From Lama glama (lineage: Eukaryota), in assembly GCA_028534125.1 (NCBI GenBank), contig CM052816.1:61444001-61508000 (forward strand): a stretch of 64,000 nt of DNA, written 5' to 3'. The position numbers and the translations under genes are program-made. This document shows, piece by piece, positions 11,901 through 25,768 of this stretch (its first letter is position 1; every line of letters starts with the position of its first letter). The notes beneath the pieces were generated by a model, which worked only from the letters and a program-made list of their open reading frames with translations, did not search any database and was not told the DNA's origin.

Positions 11901-12789
11901 TAATGTTGCATGGCCATATATATATTAAGAATATTTTGAGATTGAGATTGAGCAAAAACTCAAAATAATATTTCCGTTGACAAAGAGCCATATATTTGGT
12001 TTTGGGGAAAAGTTCTTTTTTGTATGTGTTTGTAGAGGAATGTTTTCTTTAACATTCTATTCAGAATTAAACTGAGCAAAAGCACACGTAATGAGTATCA
12101 TTTGAAGAACTACTAATCTCTAAAACAAGTCAATTGTGTATTCTATTTTAAACTAAAAATATTAATTATATATCATTAAGCTTAATGTTAAGCAGTCAAT
12201 TGACAAATATAAAATGTAGATATTTTATAATGATCAAATCATGCATTAAAGATGTTTAATTTAATCTTTGAATTGAAACTGAAGATACTCTCTCTTTAGA
12301 TCTTATTCGTTCATTATGCATGTGTTTGTATTATATATATTTATTAGACTACAACTTTTTGTGTATAGGGATTATACCTTTTTCGTTTATGAATGTCCAT
12401 CAAAGACCCTGTATTTTTTATCTGATAGAGCAATAGCCAAAGCAAACTAACAATTGAAAACATAAAAAGTTGAAAATTATGAAAAGGGTGTTAATAACAG
12501 CAGCTACCTTATACTAAATGCTATCAGATGAGAAGCACTATTGCTAAGTGTTTATTTTGCCCAAACGTGTCTAATTCCTTTTACAATACTTTAAGTAAAA
12601 ATAAGGAGAAATTGAATGATTCAGAGAAGTGAAAATGATCAAAATAATGGAAATTAAAACTTATATTTAGACATTTAAGCTGTCCAGTCAGAGGACGAGA
12701 AGACTAGGCATGATTTGAATACATGAGTAGTTTCATGATCACAGAAGACTGAGCAAGAGAAATTGAAGTAATGTTAATTCAGAAAAGAT

Positions 12790-13302
12790 TTTGGCCGTCT
12801 CATAATGATATTACCACAAACCCAGTGGCTTAAGCAATGCGCTTTATTATCTCATGGTTTCTGTGGACCATGAGTCTGTACCTGGATGGGTTATTGATTT
12901 AGCCTCAGCCAGGACTGGGTTCTTATCCAGTCTTTATTGGGGAAGAATCCACTTCCTCATCCCCATAGTAGTTGGCATCATTCAGTTCTTTGTTGTGATA
13001 GGACTGAATGCTTTAGTTTTGGACTGATTGTCTTCCAGAGGCCACCTGTAGTTCCTAGCCAATTACGGTTCACCAGCTTGGTTGGTTGCTTCCTCTACAT
13101 CAGCAAGGGAAAAACTCTAGTAAGAGAGATGCTACGATAGTATGTAACATAGTTATGTAGTCATATACATGTGATCATGTACATTCATCATCTTTGCTGT
13201 CTTCTGTTGTTAGAAGCAAGTCACAGGGCCTGCTCATACTCAAGAGGAGGAGATCAGGAGGCAGGAGGTTATGGGAGTCACCTTGAGAGTCTGTCTGCCA
13301 CA
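12790..13302 (-). mobile_element. MLT1 (MaLR) solo LTR, MLT1D-like
   Basis: ttaccacaaacccagtggcttaagcaa...ttattatctcatggtttctgtgg...gttagaagcaagtcacagg...agagtctgtctgccaca. Confidence 0.8.
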
Positions 13303-14658
13303 GTGGACATAGGGGAATACTGGCTGTCTTCGGGATATGCTGTTAAAATAAGAAGCAGTATGTTTCTGCCTCTCTTGACCATTAGGAAAAAAGACACTCA
13401 TTTAATTTATATGTGTTTCAAAAGTGTTTGATGCTTCTTATGGTCATTTCTGTCTTATTTCTTAAAATTTGTAACTTCTGTCAAAGTAATTTTTAAAAGG
13501 GAGAGGCTATAGGAAAACAGAATAGTGCCACTTTCTGTCAAATAAATTCTATAAATTAGTCTAATTTTTCCCTCACTAAGTTTTTCAGTAAGAAGAGGTT
13601 AGAAGGATTTCCTGTTCATTATAAGGATATGAAAGTGGGGTATACAGAGGACCTGTACCTGCTCAAGTTTATTAAATGAAGATGAATATCAATGAGGCAA
13701 ATGTTTACAAACACCACAGTACTAAAATGTTTCCTCTGTCGTAAAAGACCAAATGTCTAGAAATCAAAGGATAGATCTACAATCCACCCTAAAATGTGAT
13801 TTAAACTTAGTCATGCTCATTCTTGGAGTCTGCTTTAAGGTGGTCAAAGTAGCCAGTGACTCTCTTTTGGCTTTATATAAAGGCATGAAGGAAAGATCAA
13901 GATCATAAGTTTTGATGGTGAAAGCATGACAGTAAACAAATTTTCATATGCCAGTAAACAAACAAACAAACAAACTTAGTCATGCTTGAATCGTTGTCTT
14001 TCAATCCTCATGCTAATGCCATTTACCTCTAAGTTTTGGAAAAGGAATACTTTGGGTACTTTGTCAGCGTGAATAGTTGTAGATTGCAAAACTAAGTGAA
14101 AAAGATAATTCACAGCCTTTTAGAATTGAGATTTCTAGAACAGTAGAATTGCCCTAATTAAGATAGTTTAATAAAAGCATCATACTTTGCAATAAATGTG
14201 CAAAAGCATTTTAAGAATAGATTTTTGCAACATTAATATACTTCATCAGAACTGTCTTAGGCTGTTTAGAAAGTTAATGCTCTAGTTGCTTTTTAAACAA
14301 CTTTAAATGATTTTTTAAAATACCAATTCTAAATTTAAAAGTATTGTGACATAATCACTCACTAGAATAATATGAAACGATTATTTGAAGATTCTTTTTT
14401 AAAGATAATTTATTAGATTTATTTTGTTTTGTTTTCATGAGCAGTTGGAAGTTATTAATGTTTAACTTTTTAAGATAATATGATTATTTTGAGAAATTTG
14501 AATTTAATTTTTTTATTACTGCATTTCCTCATCTCCTTCCCTCACTTTGAAAAATCTTAGTACATTAAAGAATTTATGAGAAGTATGTCTACATGAAAGC
14601 TCTATAAAGAAGTTTAATTAGTGAAACTATCTGAATGAGTTAACTGTTTTTATTGTAG

Positions 14659-14870
14659 ACCTCATAAGAAGTGACAAACCTTGGTGGTTGAATGACACTT
14701 CTGCTTTTCCTTCTTCGCTACCGATTAATGGCACACATATCCGCCAGAGACAGAAGAGATCAGTAAGCATTGAGCGGTTTGTGGAGACATTAGTAGTGGC
14801 AGACAAAATGATGGTGGGCTACCATGGCCGCAAAGACATTGAACATTACATCCTGAGTGTGATGAATATT
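14659..14870 (+). CDS. ADAMTS6: ADAMTS6 coding exon (end of prodomain, furin site, start of catalytic domain; about exon 5), 212 nt, phase 1 to phase 0
   Basis: Acceptor tttttattgtag|AC and donor ATT|gtaagt. Translates (D)[70 protein letters not shown]. Phase matches the previous exon. Confidence 0.97.
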
Positions 14871-15169
14871 GTAAGTTTGATCCCTCTATGTAACTTTTTA
14901 ACTTAATAGTTTATTGTGGTTTTTGACTATTAGTGTTTCAGTTCCATAGAACATGAATTTAAAAGTGACCTTATTGTTCATTTTCAGATATTATGACTTT
15001 CTTAATGGATTATGGTAGATCTTATTTAAGAGGTTTCCTTTGACTTGAAATATCAGCTCACCCTCTTAATTACTATGTTGTAGTTCATCTTTATGAGAAA
15101 ATATTTCTTAAGATAGACTTCTATAGCAAACCTTTTACTGAAGCATCTTGGAGGTAGAATTCTAAGTGA

Positions 15170-15427
<258 letters not shown>

Positions 15428-15860
15428 TAGGCTATAGAATTATATATTACAAATAATATACTTTATTATTGCTTCTCTTAACAAAGTTCTAGTTGAATAT
15501 GACTTTCAGCTCTAAGCATTTAATATTTTAAGCAAATTTTAAATAGTTTACAAGAGTATACCTTATGTCATGTTAAAGCTATATATGTATATCAGCTACC
15601 CGTTTCAATATAAAGAAGAGCATTTGCATGACAGACCTTCTAACAGTGGTTTTGGTTGGTTTTGTGTGCTGATAATCATATATATTCATGTTACCATTAA
15701 AGCTGGAACTGGGAGGAATATCTGTTCAATAATACACTAAATTAACTCTAGGTCAGATATTACAGAGATAAAAATTGGCAAGAGATTATTCCTAGAAACC
15801 ACTACTTCTAATTATAGTCCCACTTTAGCCTTCAAAAGTTTTAACAACTGACCTTAGTAA

Positions 15861-16073
<213 letters not shown>

Positions 16074-16639
16074 TGATTGTTGTGTTTGATATTGTAACTA
16101 TATTTGGTTCTAGCTAAAGCCTCATTCAGGTAATGAGTATAGAGAAAGCAAAATAGTAATTTATTATTCACCTTTAAGAAAGAATACCTTACACTATTAC
16201 TGTATTTGCATCAAGTGAAGAAAATAATAGAAAAGATTTAGAGTTGACCTAGAAATTTAATAAGTATCTTTTCTTCTACTAAGATCTATTCATAAGTTTT
16301 AATTGGAAGCACATATATGTTTTATTAATTGAACAAAATACATACTAAAAGCAAGATTTAAAGTCTGAGAAAAATAAATTTTAAAAATAAAAATGAGTCA
16401 TCACTCTTAGTTATAAACTATATTATTCTCATCTCCAAATTGTTAAAAGTGAGAACATCTGTAGTTACAGAATTTACTTAGTTGAAAGTTTATTTAATTA
16501 AAAATATTTTACTTAAGAGATGTAAGTATAAAAAAGCGGATTTATGTTAAACATCTTGTCTCTCAGGCAAAATTATTACTTGATGATTACCTGATGAATA
16601 TTTATATTTCTTTCCAGTTTTACAAAATTGTATTCAGAT

Positions 16640-16790
16640 TTATTGTTTTCCTTTACTCGCCAACAATTCTGTGAAATAGATAGTGTTATTATTTTTCCCA
16701 TATAGAAAATGAGGAAATCAATTCAAAATATTTAAGTGAAAGAACAGGGCTCAAGCCCTGGTGATCCTGTCTTTGATTTTACTATGCTGT
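16640..16790 (-). mobile_element. MIR fragment
   Basis: caacaattctgtgaaatagatagtgttattatt...aaatgaggaaat. Confidence 0.65.
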
Positions 16791-19270
16791 CTGTCTTAGT
16801 TTTTTTAATACTCTGATTATGGTTGATTAAAAGCATGCCTAAATCATTTAAAAATCTTTGTCTTTTGACTTCTTACCAGTATTTAAAAATGAGAACAAAA
16901 TTAATAATTATAAATTAACAGTAAGCAAAATGGAACATTATTCTATCTTGGCTAAGTGAAATGGCCTTTGTTATCTCAGGTATTTCTTTTAATTTGCAAG
17001 GCAGTATTTAACATATGTTTCATCTCTGTTGAGCCCAGTGGCTCCACACTAGACTCTATCGAGGGGGAGTATAAAGTATATGGAATCAGAATCTTGAGAT
17101 CCAGTAAGATCATGTAAATTTAGCTTTTTGAAGACTGTTCCTGTTAACTTAGAATGTTCCTGTTAAACATTCAGGGAAACATTGAGTTAAAGTTTCTGAG
17201 TTGACTATTTTTTTTTCACAATTATACTTGTCTTAATTGACTGCATCTACCTGGCATCATAAGCCAGAAAATTTTGTTTATGATATGCTTGCTGAATAAA
17301 ACTAACATTGTAAGTTTCTATATTCAAGTGTGTTGACACATCAGTTTGACAAATTCTACAACTCCTCAGAGTCTTGTGGTCTGGAATGATTTCCAAATAT
17401 ATTTGAGGAGTTAAAAATATACTAGAATTTGCAAATATAGAAGCTTTTTTGTTAAAATATGTATGATATGATTAGTGTCAATGAAATTACTAAAGGAAAA
17501 TATCTCTTATATATGGTTAACAGAATGGTCACAGATAATTTACATTGGCTTCTGTGTTTATATTTATAAAACCCTACCTCTCCCTAAAAAAGTAATCCCC
17601 AGTGGGCCCCTGATGCTTCCCATTTTGTTATTGTATCTTCACTGGATTTTTAACTTTTGCATCAAATGACAGGAGTTGTACTAAGACTACACATTTGTAA
17701 ATATTTGATTAGTGAAATACATCTGGGCAGTTAGCTATCCTTTCTTTGTATTCAGCTGACTGACTTGTTTCTCTGACTTGGCCCAGATATTTTTTTGATC
17801 CTCTGCAGAGCTCTTCTTTGCCTCTGTAAACTATTTTGAGTGCCTTTTTGATGTCTGAGATTTGAACATAAAATTTTCTTTTTAAACTTATCTCCTAGTG
17901 GTCAGATAACACTAGAAATGATCTCAGGATTTAAAGGACAGTACTACAGAGAGTTCTTACCTCAGATCATTTTAGATTGATTATGTAATGGTGGTTAGAA
18001 ACATGCCTCTTTGGGACAGCATAGAATGCCTTTTTGAATTGTTATTAAAGTCTCAAAGTAACTCTTAACTTATTTAAAAGTCTACAGTTATCTTTGAATT
18101 ATTAGGGCCAAAGAGGACTTAACTAAATGAGATGACTATCTGAGTATTATTTCTAATAATTAGGTTTTTTTTTTTTTTTGGTTGAGGTTTTACCAGGGCT
18201 CGGCTCTCCTTTACATATTTTTGATTTGTGAAATTGAACATATGTTTAAATCATACTGCTACTTTTAGTAAAAGTAATTATGAGAATTCCATAAATGATT
18301 TTATATCAATGTTGAAAATTATTTCATATAACTCACTTATTAACATGTTCAGAGTTGTGACTCCACCTTTTAGAGGTAAGATAATGATTTATATTTGCTG
18401 GAAATGTCAGCTCACCAGGGAGAATGTATAATGTGTTTATTGAGAATTTCGGAGAAAAACTGATGGATATGTTTATCTCTACTAGGCCAAATTTTGTCCT
18501 AGGGATTTAAATGTTTTAAGCAGAAAACCATTTGGAACTGTAGTTACTTAGGTAATAATAGTTACTTTTGAAAAAAAGCATAAAAACTCAAAATATTACC
18601 TTCTCTTAGCAAATGATATTTTGTTTTATATTACTGATTTAATTTTAAACAAACTGTACCCTACAAAACTATCAGATCACCATGACTATAGACAGAAAGA
18701 AAATAAAGAAAATTAAGTCCCCCTTCGAAGAAAATGAAGACAGAAATGTGTCCTCAGGGGCAGCCTGTCAGGTTTTCAGGAAATGCCAACAATATTAAGG
18801 AAGAGGTGGAAATGAACTGGGACATAATACAGGTATGCATAGCCTCTTTCTGTCACTTCAGTTCATTTGATTCCTTTTTTGTTGACAAGGATGGCAGTGG
18901 CAGTGGCACTGGCTAGGGAAGGGCTGGGAGTTTTCTGTTCTCTTTTCACTTTTGCCAGTGGTTCCTTGAGGCTTTGGCACCTGATTCCTTTCCTGGGTAT
19001 TCTCTCTGGTATTTTAGCTTATTGTCATCAGTTGTTCAGCTCAAAGCTGTGACCTCAGGCAGGGTAGGTCTTCGCTGTGGTGTTCTAGTGAACATGCACT
19101 GTATCAACAGATTGCACTAACAGATAGGGCCCTCATAAGTTTGTTGTTAAGTTTTTGCTTTGAACTTGGACTGTATTTCACCATGAAAGCAATGCAAGTA
19201 TATCTATTTGTATATCTATTTAACTCTTAGTGTAATTTTGTAATATACCACAAACAAGGCCTAGTAATTT

Positions 19271-19369
19271 ATTTTTCTTTTCTTTTTTTTTAAAGGGAGG
19301 TACTGGGGATTGAACCCAGGACCTCATGCATGCTAAGCATGTTCTCTACCATTGAGCTATACCCTCCCC
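19271..19369 (-). mobile_element. tRNA-Ala-derived SINE (Vic-1-like), short form
   Basis: ggggattgaacccaggacctcatgcatgctaagcatgttctctaccattgagctataccctcccc. 17-bp TSD acaaggccta(g/a)taattt at 19254-19270 and 19370-19386. Confidence 0.92.
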
Positions 19370-19731
19370 ACAAGGCCTAATAATTTGTTAAAGGAAAATT
19401 CAATCCCAATTCCAATCTTAGCTATCATAATTATATCTCTTACTGCAGGAGAAATTGTTACTTCTCCCAGTTTTTTGGCCTGACTTTGGGGATGGTGAAC
19501 AAGACCTGAGGGGTGACTCTTAAATAGTGGTTGGTTCTCAGACTTTTGTCTGTTCCAACACACTCTGGGAACATTTTGCAGTCATAGCAGTGCCCCTTAT
19601 TGTAGATGCCGTAACCTCCCTCCTTATTGTCTGTCCCATGGTGATTCTGAAGTGTACTCCTTTGTCTGCTGTGGATTACTGCTCTGGAGCCCAGGACTTC
19701 TGGATCCTAATACTTCTTCTCAGTCTGGGAT

Positions 19732-19733
<2 letters not shown>

Positions 19734-19766
<33 letters not shown>
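19734..19766 (+). repeat. (TG)16 microsatellite
   Basis: Seen directly. Confidence 0.95.
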
Positions 19767-19769
<3 letters not shown>

Positions 19770-20011
19770 CTTTTCCTTCAGAGGAACTTCTTTTTACCCC
19801 TGCTGGGTTTTCTATTACCTATTAGTCCAACATTTCCAGTAATTTTTAATTATGATTTTTCTTCTCTGTGTTTCACTAAGGAATAGAATGTTGCCTCATA
19901 GCTTTCTTCTCATTCTTGTTCCTGAACTAAACAGTCCAAAGTTTCTTGGAGAAGCACTGTGTAATAAGGCTCCTTTCTATGCCTCTTTTTCTTTTTTCAT
20001 TTAGACCTACA

Positions 20012-20112
20012 AGAAAATGTTTTAAACGTGTGGTTCAGGGACAGCCTGCATCAGGTTCACCCAGAAGGCTATCTTAAAGTGCAGACTCCCTGGTTCTAGT
20101 CCAGACCTACAG
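20012..20112. mobile_element. MER5-like hAT fragment
   Basis: gtgtggttcagggacagcctgcatcagg...ttaaagtgcagactccctgg...ccagacctac. Confidence 0.6.
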
Positions 20113-20149
20113 GGATAGGTGGACATGTCCCACTTCCCTTCTCTACTTT

Positions 20150-20330
20150 ACTTTTTAAAAAAATTTTCATTGAAGTATGCTTGATTTACAACATTGTGTT
20201 GATTTCGAGTGTACAGCAAAGTACAGTTATGTATATATGTATTTTCAGATTAGTTTCTATATAAGGTATTACAAGATATTGAATATAGTTCTCTGTAAAA
20301 AAATTAAAATTTTGTTGTTTTATCTGGTAT
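20150..20330 (-). mobile_element. 5'-truncated L1 3'UTR (same type as 7913-8041)
   Basis: ttttcattgaagtatgcttgatttacaacattgtgttg...ttacaagatattgaatatagttctctgt. Confidence 0.8.
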
Positions 20331-20987
20331 CAAAACTATTGAATTAACACCAAAGAGCATACAAAAACAATTAATATATGTATATATTTTAATTTTTATA
20401 TATATTTATGTTTATTTTAATATATAATATATAGTGAACATCTGTTATAAATCAGCTAGCTTTAACTAACCTTTTTTTGAAAAAACTGAGGTATAACTGA
20501 CAAAATTGTGTGTTTAAAGTGTACAATGTGATGATTTAATGTGCATATACATTGTGAGCTGATTGATCTAATCAAGCTAAGTAACACATCCATCATCTCA
20601 TAGTTATCTTTTTTTTTTTTCCTTTTCTTTTTTTGGTGAGAATGCTTCAGATCTATTCTCTTGACAAATTTCAAGTATACACATAGCATTATGATTAGTC
20701 ACCATGCTGTATATTAGATCCTCAGAATTTATTCGTTTTGTAACTAAGTTTGTGCCCTTTGACTAATATTTCCCCATTTAACCTACTCTCCAGCCCTCGG
20801 TAACTACCATTCTACCCTTGGTTTCTATGAGTTCAACTTTTTTTGCTTTTTTTTTTAAAATACCATGTATAACTGAGATGTCTTTCTCTATCTGGCTTAT
20901 TTCACATAGCTAAATGCCCTCCAGGTTCATACATGTTGCCACAGATGACAAAATTTCCTTCTTTTTTATGACTGAATAATATTCCTC

Positions 20988-21030
20988 TGTGTGTGTGTGT
21001 GTGTGTGCGCGCGCGCGCATGTGTGCATAT
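20988..21030 (+). repeat. (TG)10(CG)5 compound alternating purine-pyrimidine tract
   Basis: Seen directly, inside the L1 3' region. Confidence 0.95.
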
Positions 21031-21517
21031 TTTGCCTTTTCTTTATCTCTTCATTCATTGATGGACACCTGAATTGTTTCCATATCTTGCCAGTTGTGAA
21101 TAATGCTGCAATGCATTTAAGGGTATAGATAATTTCACTTCCTTTGGATATATACTGAGAAGTAGGATTGCTGGGCCATATGATATTTCTATTTTAAATT
21201 TTTGAGGAACCTCTATACTTTTTTTCCATAATGGCTGTACCAATTTACATTCCTACCAGCAATGTACAAGGGTTTCCTTTTCTCCATGTCCTCAACAAAT
21301 TTGTCTTCTTTTATCTTTTTGATAATAGCTATCCTAATAGATCTGAGGTGATATCTCATTGTGGTTTTGATTTGCATTTCCCTGATGATTGGTAATGTTG
21401 AGCACCTTTTCATGTACCTGTTGGCCATTTATGTATCTCCTTTGGAAAAATGTCTATTTGAGTCCTTTGCCCATTTTTAATTTGGATTATTTGTTTTTTT
21501 ATTCTTGGATTGTAGAG

Positions 21518-21670
21518 TTTTTTTTTTTTTTTTTTTTTGGTGGGAGGAGGTAGTCAGGTTTGTTTATTTATTTTTTAAATTTTTGTTTTTTTAAATGGCA
21601 GCTCTGGGGATTGAACCCAGGACCTTGTGCATGCTAGGCATGCATTGTACCACTGAGCTATATCCTCCCC
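21518..21670 (-). mobile_element. tRNA-Ala-derived SINE (Vic-1-like), long form, nested in L1 ORF2
   Basis: tRNA head, A-rich linker, aaacctgactacctcctccc, then poly-A. L1 ORF2 resumes on both sides. Confidence 0.9.
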
Positions 21671-24600
21671 ACTAAGTTCTTTATATATTTTAGGTATTAA
21701 TCTTTTATCAAATGTATGGTTTACAGATATTTTCTCCCATTCCTTAGATTGCCTTTTCATTTTGTTGATTGTTTCCTGTACTGTGCAGAGCTTTTCAGTT
21801 TGATGTCCCACTTGTTTTTATTTTGTTGCCTATGTGTTCTGCTGTCATATTAAAAAAAAAAATCATTTCTAAGGCCAATGTCAAGGGGCTTTTCCTATGC
21901 TTTGTTCTAGGAGTTTACAGTTTCAGGTCTTACATATAAGTTTTAAAATTCATTTTGAGTTATTTTTGTGAGTGGTTTAAGATAGGGGTCTAATTTCATT
22001 TTTTTGTATATGGATATCCAATTTTCCCAACACTATTCCAGAGACTCTGCTTTCCCCATTGTATGTTCTTGATGTCCTTATCAAAGATTAGTTGGGCATA
22101 TATGCATGGGTTTATTTCTGGGTCCTTGATTCTGTTCCATTGGTTTCTCTGTGTCTATTTTTATGCCAGTACTGTGCTATTTTGATTACTTTAACTTTGT
22201 AATATAGTTTGACTACAAGATTTGTGATGACCCGAGCTTTGTTCTTCTTAAAATTGCTTTGTTTTTTCAAGATATTTTGTGATTCCAAATGAATTTTAAG
22301 ACTTTTTTCTATTTTTGTGAAAAATACCATTGGAATTTTAGTAGGAATTATGTTGAATCTGTATATCACTTTGGGTGGTATGGATATTTTAACATTAATT
22401 CTTCCAATCCAAAAACAAGTGATACTTTTCCATTTAGGTGTTTTGTCTTCCATTCCTTTCATTAATGTTTTATAGTTCCCAGTATAGACCTTTTACCTCC
22501 TTGGTTAAATTTATTCCTAAGTATTTTATTATTTTTGATGCTGTTGTTAATGGGATTAATTTCTGAATTCTTTTTTAGATAGTTTATTGTTAGTATATAG
22601 AGATGTGACTGATTTTTGCATGTTTATTTTGTATATTACAATGTTAGTAAATTTGTTCATTAGTTCTAACAGTTTTTTGGTAGAGTCTTTAGTTTTTTTG
22701 TGTATAAGATTATGTCATCTGCAAACAGTTTTACTTCTTCCTTTCTAATTTGGATAAATTTAATTTTTTTTTTCTCGCCTAATGACTCTGTGTAGGACTT
22801 CCAGTACTATGTTGAATAGCAGTGCAAAGAGTGGGCATCCTTATCTTGTTCCTGATCTTAGAAGAAAAGCTGTTAGATTTTCAGCATTGAATATATATAT
22901 AATGTTAGCTGTGGGCTGTCATATATTGCCTTTGTTTTGTTGAGATACATTCTATTTTTAATTTTGAGGGAATTTTTATCATGAAAGTCTGTTGAGTTTT
23001 GTCAGGTACTTTTCCTGCAGCTGTTGAGCTGATCCTATGATTTTTATTCTTAATTCTCTTCATGTGGTATATCATATTTTTTGATTCATGAATGTCAAAC
23101 AATCCTTGCATCCTAGTGATGAATCCCACTTCATGGCGTATGATCCTTTCAAAACTCTGTTGCATTCAGTTTGTTAGTTTTTGTTGAAGATTTTTGCATC
23201 TATGTTCACCATGGATATTGGCCTATACTTTTGTTTCTTGTAGTATCCTTATTTGGCTTTGGTATCAGAGTAATTCTGACCTCTTAAAATGAGTTTGGAA
23301 TTGTTCATTTCTCTTCAGTATTTGGGAAAAGTTTAAGAAGGATTGGTATTAATCATCTTTAAATGTTTTGTAGATGTCACCAGCGAAGCCATTTGGTTCT
23401 GGGCTTTTCTTTGTTGGGAGATTTAAAATTACTGATTCAATCTCCTTACTCATTACAGGTCTATTGATATTTTCTATTTCTTCATGATTCAGTTGATAGG
23501 TTGTATATTTTTAGTGATTTATCCATTTCTTCTAGATTATTCAATTTATTGGCATGTAATTGTTCATGTAGTCTTTTATGATCCTTTGCATTTACATGAT
23601 TCAGTTTTAATGTCTCCTCTTTCACTAGTCATTTATTTGAGTCTTCCTCTCTTTTTTTCTTAGTCAGAGAGCTGGTGGTTGAAGTGCTAGTGCTTGCAGA
23701 GTGACAGCAGCTTTGGTGTTGGTGTGCTGGCTGTCCCACAGCAGCAATAATGTATGAGTTGCAGGTATAGGTGAAGTGGCCATGAGGATGAAGTCTGAAG
23801 CATGGGCACCTAGAGGGCAACAGTAGCAGTTGGGTCTTGGTGCTGGCTAGCTTGAAGTGATAGTGGCCCTGGTTCTTGAAATGTAGGCATGTGTGGAGTA
23901 GCCATAGATCTAGGGTCTGGAGAATGGGTGTCACAGAGTGGCCCTACATCCAGAGGCTGGAGTTTGGGAACAAGTGTAACAGCTGTGGCTCTGGAGTCTG
24001 GGACGTGTTCAGGGTTTGGGAATGCTGGCAGTTCCATTTCTAAAGCAGCACAATAGCCGCTTCTTCTTGGAGTGGGCACAGCAGCATCTCCTTCCCCAGG
24101 GTGTGTGGCAGCAATAGCTTTTGGTTACTTTGGTGGTGGATGCTGCCCGTCTTCTCTGGAGCAGGCTGCTGGGCCCTGTGCCAACCAGCACTACAGTATC
24201 CTCCACTGTGAAAGCTGTGGGGAGTCCGTGGCAGTTGTGAGGACTGTTGAGGCTTGTTCCCACCCTTCCTCTTTGTTCCTGGTTGTCTCCAGACATCTCT
24301 AAGCCAGTCTCCGTAGTGATCCTTTCTGTGCAGTTATTCTCCATTTTTTGCTGCTCTATGTTGCTCTAGGTTCCCAATTGGACTCTTGAGCCCTCCCAGA
24401 GCTATTTTCCTTTGTGGATTGCTATCTAAATTGTTGTTTTCTGTTGGGTAATGAAGGTTGGTATCTCCTACTTCACCAGGTTGCTGATGTCACTCCCCTA
24501 CCTTTATCAAATCTTAACATTATGCCATACCAAAGAGCAGTTTCATGTCACTTTCTAAAGTGATATACTTTAGAAACAATGGTTACTTCTTGTAGTATAC

Positions 24601-25400
24601 TAACTATCTGACATTTTAGTTCTGAATACCTGAGTTAGTGCTATAATGTATAAATTTGTGGAAATATGGCGATATGAAATAAGTCAACATTAATGGTGAT
24701 ATATTGAAACTGATCTTTCATTTTTATGATTTGTTTTTAGTTAAAATATCAGTAGTTGTAACTTACATTGATTGCTTCTATAGGCTAGCTCTGTTACAGT
24801 TATCTGACAAATATTAGTACTCATCTAAATCAGCTTGACTTGACATCTATTAACTCTTTAAAATAATGGAATATGACACTATATAATTAAGCCAAAAAAT
24901 GATTTAATATTTTGTACTTGATACTTTAGAAACAGAATTTAAGAAGATAAAATAGGACTGTATGTATATACTTAAAATGTTACACTTGCTACAAAAGTTT
25001 TAGATTACCCTCGTTAAACTTTATACTGAGAAATTAATGAATTGTATTAGTTAATAGTTACTTAGGGACATAAGTCTAAAATTTTTCAGATTATGTTGAA
25101 ATTATTTATATTTTCACATGAAGTCAGGAAACATCCACCACAAATTTAAAGTCTAAGCCAATTTCTAAATTTATTTTGTTGCAGAAACATTCAAGAAATC
25201 CTTTTATGTCTGAAAATAAGTAGGAATTCAGTCACAGAGTGTACATGCATCAGTGTTGAGCAATTAACATGAATAGACGAATGTGTGCATTTCCTTCCTG
25301 GCTTTCCATCCTATCAAACATTGGAATCATATTTTCCATCTGTAAGATATTATTATTTAACATACATGTTTTGAATAAGAATTATAACCTGAGTTCTTCC

Positions 25401-25768
25401 TTTTGGTAACAGCTTTATTGAGATATAATTCATAGACCATACAATGTACCCATTTAAGCTGTAGAATTAAATGGTTTTTAGTATATTCAAAGGGTTGTGC
25501 AGCCACATATAATTTTAGAACATTTCCATCATTCCCAAAAGAAATCATCCCCCATTCCTTTCATCCTCCCCACCCCAGCCCCAGCCTTACGGGTAAGGCT
25601 AATCTGCTTTTGTCTCTATAGCTTTGCTTATTATGTATGGACTTTTCATATGAATGCAGTCATACAACATGCAGTCTTTTGTTACTGGATTCTTTTGCTT
25701 TGCATAGTGCTTTCAAGGTTCATCCATGTTGTGGCACGTACCAGGACTTCTTTCCTCTTACTAGCTTA
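25401..25768 (-). mobile_element. L1MB-type 3' end
   Basis: aacagctttattgagatataattcata...ttttcaaggttcatccatgttgtggcacgtacc. Confidence 0.85.

Larger units (their letters stand above)
20472..24498 (-). mobile_element. L1 (L1MA8/9-like): 3'UTR, decayed ORF2 and GC-rich 5'UTR, internally deleted
   Basis: Minus-strand ORF fragments match ORF2p ([64 protein letters not shown]). 5' terminus reads ggggagtgacatcagcaacctggtgaagtaggag on the minus strand. Confidence 0.9.

Noticed and set aside
18734..18916. ORF MKTEMCPQ... with a CAG|gtatgc donor
   Set aside because: No convincing acceptor or promoter and no recognisable product.
19290..19369. Functional tRNA-Ala genes (also 11400, 21600, 57350)
   Set aside because: They have TSDs, A tails and mismatched stems, so they are SINE retrocopies.
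23629..24344. Cluster of overlapping ORFs in GC-rich DNA as a nested gene
   Set aside because: It lies in an L1 5'UTR relic. Higher GC lowers stop frequency and no protein motif is recognisable.
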